Assembly: GCA_002409405.1 (NCBI GenBank)
Contig: DHNG01000030.1
Location: forward strand, 46,579-110,578
Source of the DNA: Flavobacteriales bacterium UBA5422
Lineage (GTDB): Bacteria > Bacteroidota > Bacteroidia > Flavobacteriales_D > Crocinitomicaceae
Reading direction: 5' to 3'
DNA: 64,000 nt
A program made the translations under genes and the position numbers. Numbering within the stretch: the first letter of the stretch is position 1; each line of letters begins with the position of its first letter. This document shows positions 20,768 through 30,431 of this stretch, in pieces. The notes beneath the pieces were generated by a model. The model ran no database searches. It had not been told where the DNA came from and saw only the letters and a program-made list of their open reading frames with translations.

Positions 20768-22630
20768 TTATTTTTTCACTACGTTGAACGCAGATTTAGA
20801 TCCGTTATCGTATGCAACATTGATTACATACATTCCACTTTGCAATTCTGCCAGGTCAATTGATGCCTGATTACCCATGAACGTTACTTCACGGTTTACA
20901 ACTGTTCTTCCTGAAAGATCTGTAACAGAAATTGTAGCTTTACCGTCTAACGGGATGTTCATTGTAATCACATCGTCTGTCGGGTTCGGGTATGCCTTTC
21001 CTTCCAGGTTCAACAAATTTTCAACGGCAACAGTTGTTGCATCGATTGCACGAATTCCGAACGCAGGTGTTAAATCCGGACCAAATCCAGATCCATACCA
21101 TGTTACTGTTTGTCCTTCAACAACTTTCAATGGATTAATCCATTCTTCCAACAATTGTCTTGTTGCATTGAAATTAATTCCTCTGTCGTAACCGATATTT
21201 ACATCTTGTCCAAAATCTGTGATACACGCCAGGTACATTACATTATCCTGTAAAACAACAGGGTTTTCGAACTGAAAATATACTTCTTCTTTCAGTACAT
21301 CATTTTCAAATGAATAGTCTACTGTTCCAAGTGGAGAACTTAACGCATAAGCCAATGTTGTATTTGCTGCATTTGCTGCATATACTGCATCTGCATTTGT
21401 CCATTCATACAATTCAGCAAAAATGAATTTCCCTTCCAATGTACTGTTGGCATCAACTGAATCAACAGATACTGTTGCATTAAATCCAAGTACTGCTAAA
21501 CGTGAAGCATTTGCATTTCGGAAAGAAGAACAGTAAACAACTTCAGAGTAAGAACCTCCTCCTGTTGGTGCTGCTGGTTTTACCTGAGACATTGTGATTG
21601 GTTTCAATGTTGTCTCATCCAATCTCGCTCGTGAAAGATACGAATCGTTTACAACGAATGTTGCTGTATATGTATTATCGCTTTCAAAGTCATCCGCAAC
21701 TCCATCTAATGAAATGGTATATTCAACTGTATATTTTCCTGCAGGGTATGTTGCCAGAGAAAACTGTGGAAACGCATTTGCTTCTCCAGGGAAAATATCA
21801 ATACTGTCTCCCTGGTTCAAACTGATTGTTATGTCTTCATCATAAACAGCTGTTCCGGAAGGGTTTGTAACGGTTGCATTTAGCGTTGCATTTGACTGAT
21901 TTGATCCCCCAAAGTTGTACACTCTCAACCCCAGATCGAAGTTAAATTCCGTTCCACTCTGAGCTAATAATGAGTGAACTCCGTGATAAGGAGGTGTCAT
22001 GATCAAATCCTGATTCAAAGAAAGGTCATTTTGGAATGCACCTGTTTTATTACCAATGAACATTACAACAGGTCCGTTTGCCATTTGACTGATCAGGTGG
22101 TTACCGTCTGACATAGAAATTCTGACAACCGGAATGGTTACCAATGGTCCGTTCGGATCTGTATCTGCCGCACTCATAAAGTTGTTTGCCAGATTCGCAT
22201 CATCGATATTATCAACAACGATTACAGCAATTGCTCCTGCATTTTGCGCGTACAATGCTTTATTTACGAACGAACATGTATTTCTTCGTACAACAGCAAT
22301 TTTTCCTGCATAAGGACTTCCTGCCGTCGGATTACATCCTTCCTGAGAAAGTGGATTCCCTAAATTCGGATCTGTCCCTGCTGTTCCGTCATTTACCAAT
22401 ACCAATGTATCTTCAATATACGTTCCTACAACACTGAAATCCAGTGCCATACCCCAGTTTTCACTGCCCGGAAACTGACCGACTGTATAGGAAGGCCATC
22501 CCCCGTCTGTTTGTACTGCGAAAGTATAGTTCCCTTGCACTGCCGTGGGACTAACTCCTACTACTACAACCTGGCTCGAAGCAAAAAATGCCGTTCCGCC
22601 CATTAACATTGAAAGTATTATTTTCTTCAT
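20768..22630 (-). CDS. PA-domain protein with T9SS type A C-terminal sorting domain (paralog 1)
   Basis: Signal peptide; PA motif GKIAVVRRNTCSFVNKALYAQNAGAIAVIV; CTD AYPNPT...VTDLSGR...LQSGMYVINV. Confidence 0.9.
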   Translation of the reverse strand: MKKIILSMLMGGTAFFASSQVVVVGVSPTAVQGNYTFAVQTDGGWPSYTVGQFPGSENWGMALDFSVVGTYIEDTLVLVNDGTAGTDPNLGNPLSQEGCNPTAGSPYAGKIAVVRRNTCSFVNKALYAQNAGAIAVIVVDNIDDANLANNFMSAADTDPNGPLVTIPVVRISMSDGNHLISQMANGPVVMFIGNKTGAFQNDLSLNQDLIMTPPYHGVHSLLAQSGTEFNFDLGLRVYNFGGSNQSNATLNATVTNPSGTAVYDEDITISLNQGDSIDIFPGEANAFPQFSLATYPAGKYTVEYTISLDGVADDFESDNTYTATFVVNDSYLSRARLDETTLKPITMSQVKPAAPTGGGSYSEVVYCSSFRNANASRLAVLGFNATVSVDSVDANSTLEGKFIFAELYEWTNADAVYAANAANTTLAYALSSPLGTVDYSFENDVLKEEVYFQFENPVVLQDNVMYLACITDFGQDVNIGYDRGINFNATRQLLEEWINPLKVVEGQTVTWYGSGFGPDLTPAFGIRAIDATTVAVENLLNLEGKAYPNPTDDVITMNIPLDGKATISVTDLSGRTVVNREVTFMGNQASIDLAELQSGMYVINVAYDNGSKSAFNVVKK

Positions 22631-22704
22631 AAGTCTATAAATGTGATTTATATAAATTTAACGGAAAGATAAAACTTATTTGCCTATTAAACAAAAATTG
22701 GAAT

Positions 22705-22742
22705 AAAAAAACAGCGGAGACACTGTTGTATCTCCGCTGTTT
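22705..22742 (-). terminator. Intrinsic terminator
   Basis: A-tract-CAGCGGAGA-cactgttgta-TCTCCGCTG-TTT between the two paralogs. Confidence 0.75.
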
Positions 22743-22763
22743 AAGTCAGATATAATAGATTTA

Positions 22764-24581
22764 TTATTTTTTAATCACATTAAACGCAGACTTAGATCCG
22801 TTGTTGTATTCAACATTGATCACATACATTCCGCTTTGCAATTCTGCCAGATCAATTGATGCCTGGTTACCCATGAAGTTAACTTCACGGTTTGCAACCG
22901 TTCTTCCAGAAAGATCCGTTACGGCAACTGTTGCTTTACCATCTAATGGGATAATCATTTTCACTACATCATTTGTCGGATTCGGGTATGCTTTCCCTTC
23001 CTGGTTCAACAAGTTTTGAACGGAAACTGTTGTTGCATCAATTGCACGGATTCCGAATGCAGGTGTTAAATCCGCTCCGAACCCCGCTCCATACCATGTT
23101 ACTGTTTGCCCTTCGACAACCTTTAACGGGTTGATCCATTGAGAAGTCAACTGGCTGGTTACATTGTATCTTACAGCTCTGTCATAACCAACATTTAAGT
23201 CTTGTCCGAAATCTGTAATACATGCCAGGTACATTACATTATCCTGCAAAATAATAGGATCTTCGAATTGAAAAGATGCTTCTTCTTTCAATACATTATT
23301 TTCAAATGTGTATTCAACTGTCCCTAACGAATTTAATGTATAAGCCAATGTTGTGTTTGCTGCATTTGCTGTGTAAACAGCATCCGCATTCGTCCATGCA
23401 TACAATTCAGCAAAAACGAATTTCCCTTCCAATGTACTGTTCGCATCAACTGAATCAACGGAAACGGTTGCATTGAATCCGGTTACTGCTAGTCTGGAGG
23501 CATTTGCATTTCGGAAAGAAGAACAATAAACAACCTCAGAGTAAGATCCTCCGGATGTTGGTGCTGCCGGTTTTACTTGTGACTCTGCTATTGGCTTCAA
23601 TGTTGTAGCATCCAAACGGGATCTTGACAGGTATGAGTTATTAATTACAAAATCAACTGAATAAGTGTTGTCATTTGGAAAGTCATCATCTACACCCCCT
23701 CCGTTAATCAAGGTGTATGTCAATGTGTATTTTCCTGCAGGATATGTAGCAAGAGAAAATTGCGGGAACGTCAATGCTTCTCCCGGGAAAATTTCTACGC
23801 TATCAATTGCATTTCCTGATACTCCATCCAGAGAGAATGTCACATCTTCATTGTACACTTCTGTTCCTGAAGGACCTGTAATAGTAACGTTAGCCATTGC
23901 ATTTGTCTGAGTAGCTGAACCAAAGTTATACACTCTTACTCCTAAATCTATGTTAAATTCTGAACCGTTCTGAGCTAACAATGAATGTACTCCGTGGTAT
24001 TGAGGTGCAGCAAGTAGTGCTTCATTCAACGCTAAATCATTTGGATACAGACCTGCCTTGTTTCCGATAAATACTTCTACCGGTCCGCTTTGCATTGCGT
24101 TTGTCAGAATCAGTCCGTCAAGACTTGAAAGCATGACTACCGGAATTGTTACACTCAATCCTTCTGTACCTCCGTTCATTCCGATTACTTCCGGATCACG
24201 ATTTAAGATAATTACGGCAATTGCTCCTGCATTTTGTGCATTCAATGCTTTGACACCAAAATTACACGTGTTTCTGTAAATAACTGCAATTTTTCCGTTC
24301 ACTGCTGCACCGTTTACCAATGCACTACAGCCTTCCGCAGAAATCGGATTTCCTTGTGGGTTTGTACCGGTAGAGCCATCATCAACAATTGCTAATTCCC
24401 CCTGGACATATACTCCCGGAGTAGAGAAATCCAAAGCCGGGGCCCAGGATTGTGTGGCATCTCCGATTTCAAAATTGTAATTTCCCTCGACACTTGCCGG
24501 AGAGATTCCTGTCACGGCGATTTGTCCGTTGACAATACAGGTAATAGCACCTGCCAACAATGAAAGTATTATTTTCTTCAT
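22764..24581 (-). CDS. PA-domain protein with T9SS type A C-terminal sorting domain (paralog 2)
   Basis: Signal peptide; GKIAVIYRNTCNFGVKALNAQNAGAIAVII; same CTD; C-terminal half nearly identical to paralog 1. Confidence 0.9.
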   Translation of the reverse strand: MKKIILSLLAGAITCIVNGQIAVTGISPASVEGNYNFEIGDATQSWAPALDFSTPGVYVQGELAIVDDGSTGTNPQGNPISAEGCSALVNGAAVNGKIAVIYRNTCNFGVKALNAQNAGAIAVIILNRDPEVIGMNGGTEGLSVTIPVVMLSSLDGLILTNAMQSGPVEVFIGNKAGLYPNDLALNEALLAAPQYHGVHSLLAQNGSEFNIDLGVRVYNFGSATQTNAMANVTITGPSGTEVYNEDVTFSLDGVSGNAIDSVEIFPGEALTFPQFSLATYPAGKYTLTYTLINGGGVDDDFPNDNTYSVDFVINNSYLSRSRLDATTLKPIAESQVKPAAPTSGGSYSEVVYCSSFRNANASRLAVTGFNATVSVDSVDANSTLEGKFVFAELYAWTNADAVYTANAANTTLAYTLNSLGTVEYTFENNVLKEEASFQFEDPIILQDNVMYLACITDFGQDLNVGYDRAVRYNVTSQLTSQWINPLKVVEGQTVTWYGAGFGADLTPAFGIRAIDATTVSVQNLLNQEGKAYPNPTNDVVKMIIPLDGKATVAVTDLSGRTVANREVNFMGNQASIDLAELQSGMYVINVEYNNGSKSAFNVIKK

Positions 24582-24630
24582 AAGTAAATTTTTAAGTCAC
24601 CCTAAAGATAAGCAAATAAACCACATAAAC

Positions 24631-24660
24631 AAAAAAAGAGGACTTTTATGTGTCCTCTTT
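24631..24660 (-). terminator. Intrinsic terminator of the sdh operon
   Basis: A7-GAGGAC-ttttatgt-GTCCTC-TTT. Confidence 0.7.
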
Positions 24661-24688
24661 ATTATTTAAAAATTAAATTTTACTTGTA

Positions 24689-25438
24689 TTACTCCGCTGT
24701 TACTGCTGCTTTCAGGAATTCCCGGTTCATTCGCGCAATATTTTCCAACGAAATTCCTTTCGGACATTCAATTTCACATGCTCCTGTATTTGTACAGTTT
24801 CCAAAACCTTCTTTGTCCATTTGCTCTACCATGTTCAACACACGTTGTTGCGCCTCAACCTTTCCTTGAGGAAGTAATGCAAATTGAGAAACTTTTGCAG
24901 AAACAAACAACATTGCAGATGCATTTTTACATGTTGCCACACACGCTCCACATCCGATACATGTTGCTGCATCAAACGCTTTGTCCGCATCGTTTTTCGG
25001 AATCGGAATTGCATTGGCATCCTGTGTATTTCCTGAAGTGTTTACAGAGATAAATCCTCCGGCGTGCTGAATTCTGTCAAATGCCGTACGGTCAACAACC
25101 AAGTCTTTGATTACCGGGAATCCTTTTGCACGAAATGGTTCTACGTAAATTGTATCCCCGTCGTTGAATTTACGCATGTGCAACTGACATGTTGTAACTC
25201 CTCTATCTGGTCCGTGTGCTTCACCGTTAATAAACATGGAACACATTCCACAAATTCCTTCGCGGCAATCATGGTCAAATGCAACGGGTTCTTTTCCTTC
25301 GGAAATTAACTGCTCGTTCAAAACGTCCATCATTTCCAGAAAAGACATGTGTTCACTTACATTATCGATCGGATAAGTTTCGATTTTTCCTTTGTCGTTT
25401 CTATCCTTTTGTCTCCAAATTTTTAATGTCAATTTCAT
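24689..25438 (-). CDS. sdhB: Succinate dehydrogenase/fumarate reductase iron-sulfur subunit
   Basis: [10 protein letters not shown]...[14 protein letters not shown] and [12 protein letters not shown] Fe-S motifs. Confidence 0.97.
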   Translation of the reverse strand: MKLTLKIWRQKDRNDKGKIETYPIDNVSEHMSFLEMMDVLNEQLISEGKEPVAFDHDCREGICGMCSMFINGEAHGPDRGVTTCQLHMRKFNDGDTIYVEPFRAKGFPVIKDLVVDRTAFDRIQHAGGFISVNTSGNTQDANAIPIPKNDADKAFDAATCIGCGACVATCKNASAMLFVSAKVSQFALLPQGKVEAQQRVLNMVEQMDKEGFGNCTNTGACEIECPKGISLENIARMNREFLKAAVTAE

Positions 25439-25442
25439 TGCC

Positions 25443-25478
25443 TTTAGATTTTAGAAGTCAGACACTAGATCTTAGACG
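25443..25478. repeat. Heptad array downstream of the four-helix-bundle gene
   Basis: On the - strand gTCTAAG aTCTAGT gTCTGAC tTCTAAA aTCTAAA: TCT at an exact 7-nt period, five units. Confidence 0.75.
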
Positions 25479-25830
25479 GATTTTTACAGTCCAAGCTATT
25501 CTTTAATCCAACAATCATTTTTTGTAACTCATGTAATTTTTCTACAATTTCCTTTATTTCTATCTTAAATAACCACCCTGCCAAAATCAGTTGGGTTTCC
25601 AATTCATAAGCAGATGATAAACTTATATTTAAGAAATGGGTAAACTCTTTATCTGTTGTCCTACCTGAATCCTCCGCTATATTTGAAGGGATAGAAATTG
25701 CACTTCTGTTTATTTGGCTTACAAGAGAAAAACGTTCTTCAGCTGGCAAATTTGATGAAAGAACATAAGAATCTTCTACGATTGTCATCGCATTTTTCCA
25801 TACATTCAATTCTCTAAAATTATGCCCCAT
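25465..25830 (-). CDS. Four helix bundle protein (23S rRNA IVP / Avd-like family)
   Basis: F.EL.VWK.AM...Y.....LP.EERFSL.SQI.RSA.SIPSNIAE..GR...KEF.HFL.I...SAYELETQL. Confidence 0.92.
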   Translation of the reverse strand: MGHNFRELNVWKNAMTIVEDSYVLSSNLPAEERFSLVSQINRSAISIPSNIAEDSGRTTDKEFTHFLNISLSSAYELETQLILAGWLFKIEIKEIVEKLHELQKMIVGLKNSLDCKNPSKI

Positions 25831-25832
25831 TT

Positions 25833-25868
25833 TGTCTAACGTCTTTCTTCTGATAGCTAACGTCTATT
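25833..25868. repeat. Heptad array upstream of the four-helix-bundle gene, complementary to the downstream array
   Basis: On the - strand aTAGacg tTAGcta tCAGaag aAAGacg tTAGaca: AG at an exact 7-nt period, five units; includes the sdhA TAG stop. Confidence 0.75.
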
Positions 25869-27870
25869 TGTATGAACGTTGTTTCAATTCGATTTCTTTA
25901 AATTCCAGATGCTCTTTGTGCAATACCGGTTCCTGTGGGTTTCCTGTCCACTGCCATGCAGCAGCGTATGTAAAGTTGACATCATCACGCATCGCTTCAC
26001 CATCTTCTGTTTGTGACTCTTCACGGAAGTGACCTCCACATGATTCCGTTCGGTGTAATGCATCTATTGCAAACAACTCACCTAATTCCAGGAAGTCTTC
26101 CACACGTGTTGCTTTTTCCAACTCCGGATTAAACTCATTGATTGTTCCCGGGACAAATACATCTCTATGGAATTCTTCACGGATGCGTCGAATTTCTACA
26201 ATTGCTTCTTTTAATCCGGCTTCGTTACGTGCCATTCCTACATTGTCCCACATAATTTTCCCCAATGCTTTGTGGAAGTGGTCAACTGATTTTGTTCCTT
26301 TATTATGAATGAAATGTTCCAATCTGCGACGTACGTCATTTTCTGCCTCCACAAATTCAGGAAGATCGGTTGAAATTTTTCCTGTACGAATATCCGCTGC
26401 CAGGTAACCTCCGATTGTGTATGGCAATACGAAGTATCCATCCGCCAATCCCTGCATCAATGCAGAAGCTCCCAGTCTGTTTGCTCCGTGATCCGAGAAA
26501 TTTGCTTCACCGGCAGAGAAACATCCCTCCACTGTTGTCATCAGGTTGTAATCCACCCAAAGTCCTCCCATTGTGTAGTGAACTGCCGGATAAATCATCA
26601 TTGGTGTTTTGTATGGATTGTCGTCAACAATTTTCTCATACATCTGAAACAAGTTCCCGTATTTTGATTCAACTACGGCTTCTCCCAGTTCTCTGATGCG
26701 TGTCTCTGATGCATTCGTTTCATGCAGTAGATTTGCTTTTTCCTGACCGTAACGCATAATCGCAGCATCGAAATCCAGGTAAACCGCTTCTCCTGTTTTG
26801 TTAACACCGTATCCTGCATCGCAACGCTCTTTTGCAGCACGTGAGGCAACGTCTCTCGGTACTAAGTTACCAAACGCAGGGTATCTTCTTTCCAGGTAAT
26901 AATCCCGGTCGTCTTCTTTCAAATCTGTCGGTTTCAAACGCCCTTCACGAATCGCGATTGCATCTTCCATGTTTTTAGGAACCCAGATACGTCCGTCATT
27001 ACGTAGTGATTCCGACATCAGTGTCAATTTAGACTGATAATCTCCTGAACGTGGAATACACGTCGGGTGAATTTGTGTATAACAAGGATTTGCAAAAAAT
27101 GCTCCTTTCTTATGTGCTCTCCATGCTGCAGAGGTATTAGATCCCATTGCATTTGTGGAAAGGAAGAATACGTTTCCGTAACCTCCTGTTGCCAACACAA
27201 CGGCATGTCCCGAATGACGCTCCAACTCTCCTGTTACCAGGTTGCGGGCAATAATTCCTCTTGCTTTTCCGTTCACGACTACCAATTCAAGCATTTCGTG
27301 ACGGTTGTACATTTTAATTTTTCCTAAACCAATCTGACGATTCATTGCAGAGTAAGCTCCCAACAACAACTGCTGTCCGGTTTGTCCTTTTGCATAAAAC
27401 GTACGTTGTACCTGCGTTCCACCGAATGAACGGTTGTCCAGCAAGCCTCCGTAATCACGTGCAAACGGAACTCCCTGTGCCACACACTGGTCAATAATGT
27501 TTGCTGAAACTTCTGCCAGGCGGTGAACGTTTGCTTCACGCGCACGGTAATCACCTCCTTTAATTGTATCGTAGAATAAACGGAAAACAGAGTCTCCGTC
27601 GTTTTGATAGTTTTTTGCTGCGTTGATACCTCCTTGTGCTGCAATAGAGTGTGCACGACGCGGAGAATCCTGGAAACAAAATGCTTTTACATTGTATCCC
27701 ATTTCAGCCAGCGATGCTGCTGCAGAACCTCCTGCCAATCCCGTACCAACGATAATTACGTCGATTGAACGTTTGTTTGCAGGGTTTACCAGATCAACAT
27801 GACTTTTATAGTCTGTCCATTTATCTTTTAACGGTCCTTCCGGAATTTTAGAATCTAATACGTTTGACAT
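25864..27870 (-). CDS. sdhA: Succinate dehydrogenase/fumarate reductase flavoprotein subunit
   Basis: GTGLAG FAD-binding motif, [44 protein letters not shown]. Confidence 0.97.
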   Translation of the reverse strand: MSNVLDSKIPEGPLKDKWTDYKSHVDLVNPANKRSIDVIIVGTGLAGGSAAASLAEMGYNVKAFCFQDSPRRAHSIAAQGGINAAKNYQNDGDSVFRLFYDTIKGGDYRAREANVHRLAEVSANIIDQCVAQGVPFARDYGGLLDNRSFGGTQVQRTFYAKGQTGQQLLLGAYSAMNRQIGLGKIKMYNRHEMLELVVVNGKARGIIARNLVTGELERHSGHAVVLATGGYGNVFFLSTNAMGSNTSAAWRAHKKGAFFANPCYTQIHPTCIPRSGDYQSKLTLMSESLRNDGRIWVPKNMEDAIAIREGRLKPTDLKEDDRDYYLERRYPAFGNLVPRDVASRAAKERCDAGYGVNKTGEAVYLDFDAAIMRYGQEKANLLHETNASETRIRELGEAVVESKYGNLFQMYEKIVDDNPYKTPMMIYPAVHYTMGGLWVDYNLMTTVEGCFSAGEANFSDHGANRLGASALMQGLADGYFVLPYTIGGYLAADIRTGKISTDLPEFVEAENDVRRRLEHFIHNKGTKSVDHFHKALGKIMWDNVGMARNEAGLKEAIVEIRRIREEFHRDVFVPGTINEFNPELEKATRVEDFLELGELFAIDALHRTESCGGHFREESQTEDGEAMRDDVNFTYAAAWQWTGNPQEPVLHKEHLEFKEIELKQRSYK

Positions 27871-27888
27871 AATCTCACTATTTTTAAA

Positions 27889-28845
27889 TTATTTCGTCAG
27901 GTAAATAACTACCGGAATGATTGCAAATAATAACGGAACAATGATTGCGAATGCTGTTCCTGTAATTTTAATCAGTTTGTTGTATCTTCTGTGATTTAAT
28001 CCCAGTGACTGGAATGCAGAAGCGAATCCGTGCATCAGGTGGAATGCAAGAACCGCCATGGAAACAACATACAGGATCACAAACGGCAAGGCGTACTTGT
28101 TGGCAGAAAGACCAGTTTTGTCTGTTGCTGTAACTCCTTCATCCGATTTGTTGTGTCCGAAGAATGCATATACCACTGAATGCAAATCTTTGTATCCCTC
28201 CCCGATTTTTGGGTTTTGCCCTTTGGGTTGATAGTTCGGATCGTATTGATTTTGGATTTGTTTGATTTGTTCTTCTGTGTTGTTGTAAAACTCTTTTCCT
28301 TTCACGGTTACTTCTGAAACAGGAACATACGAACCGTTTGTTGTGTAATATACTTTTACAACTGTGTCCTCTATTACTCCCTGAGAAACCATTCGTGGTT
28401 GATACATGTTTTCAGTGTGCAAGGCCATCGGTGCAGATGAAACTTTCATCTTATACCAGAAGTGCTGCATGTGCAAGACGATAAAAATCAAAATAAGCGT
28501 TCCCAGAACCGCCATGCTGCGGGAATACCACTTACTGTTGGTATTCGGTTTTTCATAGGCATACTTAACCGGTCGTGCTTTTTTGTTTTGCACCGTTAAT
28601 AAGATACCGTCAATCGCGTGGAACAAGATTGAAATGTACGTAAGATAACTTAATACTTTGATGAAAATGTTTGTTCCCATGAAGTGCGCATACTCATTGA
28701 AAGCACGCTTGGCTTCTACCCCATCTTTCAATAGTTGGAGATTCCCCGCAAGGTGTCCGATCAGGAACACACACAGAAACAACCCCGTTAATGCCATCCA
28801 CCACTTTTTGGCAATCGAAGATGATAAAATTGCAGATTTGCTCAT
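27889..28845 (-). CDS. sdhC: Succinate dehydrogenase cytochrome b subunit (b558 type) with a long hydrophilic insertion
   Basis: SSIAKK..MALTGLFL..FL.GHLAGNL, HAIDG, HMQHFW, HLMHGF.SAFQSLG; first gene of the sdh operon. Confidence 0.92.
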   Translation of the reverse strand: MSKSAILSSSIAKKWWMALTGLFLCVFLIGHLAGNLQLLKDGVEAKRAFNEYAHFMGTNIFIKVLSYLTYISILFHAIDGILLTVQNKKARPVKYAYEKPNTNSKWYSRSMAVLGTLILIFIVLHMQHFWYKMKVSSAPMALHTENMYQPRMVSQGVIEDTVVKVYYTTNGSYVPVSEVTVKGKEFYNNTEEQIKQIQNQYDPNYQPKGQNPKIGEGYKDLHSVVYAFFGHNKSDEGVTATDKTGLSANKYALPFVILYVVSMAVLAFHLMHGFASAFQSLGLNHRRYNKLIKITGTAFAIIVPLLFAIIPVVIYLTK

Positions 28846-28918
28846 AAATAATAATTGTCTGAAATAAATACTAACCGGCAAATTTAACAGTTATGTGACT
28901 TTATTATTCATCTGAAAC

Positions 28919-28943
28919 CTAATTTAGACAGAGTTTAAATTAG
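28919..28943. promoter_or_regulatory. Palindromic operator (Fur-like box candidate) upstream of sdhC
   Basis: CTAATTTA-N9-TAAATTAG; same geometry as the site before sufA. Confidence 0.5.
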
Positions 28944-29126
28944 TGGGTCTTGCATTTGTTCTATAAACACAGTGTTAATGTGCTAGTATACAGTTTTTTA
29001 TACTTTTAATATTCTTGTTTTTAACAAATAGTCCGGAAGATTAAGATTGTTTTAACATTTTTTATCGTTCTATTATAACTGAATCCACTTACTTTTACAC
29101 TTCAAACCAATTTCTACCTGGTGATT

Positions 29127-29669
29127 ATGAAAAAAACAATTGTTGCTTTTACCGGAATTCTACTGTTAGGAGCCTGTTCTCAAAATTCTTCCGAAAAAAC
29201 TGTACAAAAAGAAGTCACTGTTGTTGAGACAGAACAAGTTTCCAATGTAACACCTACCAAATTGCTTTCCATGGAAATTGCCGGAATGTCCTGTGAAATG
29301 GGGTGTGGAAGTGCCATCCGTAAGGGATTATTGGCAACAGGTGCTGTTGAACGCGTTCAATTTGACTTTAAAATGGGTCGGGATGTAAATACAGCAACAA
29401 TTTCTTTTGATGATGCAAAAATTTCAGAACAAGAGCTTTCAAAAATTATTTCAGAGTTAAACGACAAGCAATTCACAATCGGATCATCGACTATTTCTGC
29501 ATACAAAGCAGAAGAGAAATCGACTTCTTCCTCCGAATCTGAAACAAAAACAAAATCCAGTGGAAGTATTGGCGCTCAGTCTTCTTTTTCTGATCTGGAA
29601 CAATCATCATTCGAAATCAAAACTCCCAACCTGATTGATCTGCTGATTTCGGCATTGGTGAGAAGATGA
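29127..29669 (+). CDS. Heavy-metal-associated (HMA) domain lipoprotein
   Basis: Lipobox LGA-C; IAGMSCEMGC metal motif in an HMA-like fold. Confidence 0.8.
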   Translation: MKKTIVAFTGILLLGACSQNSSEKTVQKEVTVVETEQVSNVTPTKLLSMEIAGMSCEMGCGSAIRKGLLATGAVERVQFDFKMGRDVNTATISFDDAKISEQELSKIISELNDKQFTIGSSTISAYKAEEKSTSSSESETKTKSSGSIGAQSSFSDLEQSSFEIKTPNLIDLLISALVRR

Positions 29670-30260
29670 TTATTCATCAATCAATCCTTCATTTACTTTA
29701 TTAAAGCACGTTCTGCAAAGGGGCTTGTATTTTTCTACAGCTCCAACCAGTACTTGTTCCTTTTCTGCTGCTGTACGGTGTGAAAATTGAGCAAGGTTTC
29801 CGCAATCAACACAAATAGCATGTACTTTTGTAACGTATTCGGCAACTGCCAATAAATGTGGAATGGGACCAAATGGCATCCCTTTATAGTCCATATCCAA
29901 TCCTGCAATGATAACACGCACGCCGTTTTTTGCCAAATGACTCACTGCAGTAACGATTCCCGCATCAAAAAATTGTGCTTCATCAACCGCCACAACTTGC
30001 TCACCATTCCAATTTTTTAACAGCTCTGAAGAATGATTGACGACAACAGCCTGAAAGTCGCTTCCCTGATGACTCACAACTTTGTCTTCACTATAACGGT
30101 TGTCAATTGCCGGTTTGAACAGGATCAATTGTTGATTGGCAAATTCTGCCCGTTTCAGGCGACGAATTAACTCTTCCGTTTTACCGGAAAACATAGATCC
30201 GCAAATTACTTCTATCCAACCATTTGTACGCCCTCCTCCCGGAAATTGCTCTAAAAACAT
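29670..30260 (-). CDS. tdk: Thymidine kinase
   Basis: GSMFSGKTEEL, DEAQF, AGLDMD, CVDCG...CRTC. Confidence 0.97.
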   Translation of the reverse strand: MFLEQFPGGGRTNGWIEVICGSMFSGKTEELIRRLKRAEFANQQLILFKPAIDNRYSEDKVVSHQGSDFQAVVVNHSSELLKNWNGEQVVAVDEAQFFDAGIVTAVSHLAKNGVRVIIAGLDMDYKGMPFGPIPHLLAVAEYVTKVHAICVDCGNLAQFSHRTAAEKEQVLVGAVEKYKPLCRTCFNKVNEGLIDE

Positions 30261-30431
30261 ATTTCTTTACTCTTGACAGTTATTAACAATCCGTTTACCA
30301 TAAAATTTACCCGCCATTACCCCGAAGTAATTATATCTGGTTATTTTTACACCATAAAAGTCGTTATTCCGGAGCACAAAATATATGTTTCGTTGGCAAC
30401 TTTACCGAAATGTTGAAAAATCAAAAGGATT

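Noticed and set aside
25465-25830. Diversity-generating retroelement (Avd-like gene)
   Set aside because: No reverse transcriptase and no template/variable repeat pair with adenine-specific differences was seen; the PA paralog differences are not A-restricted.
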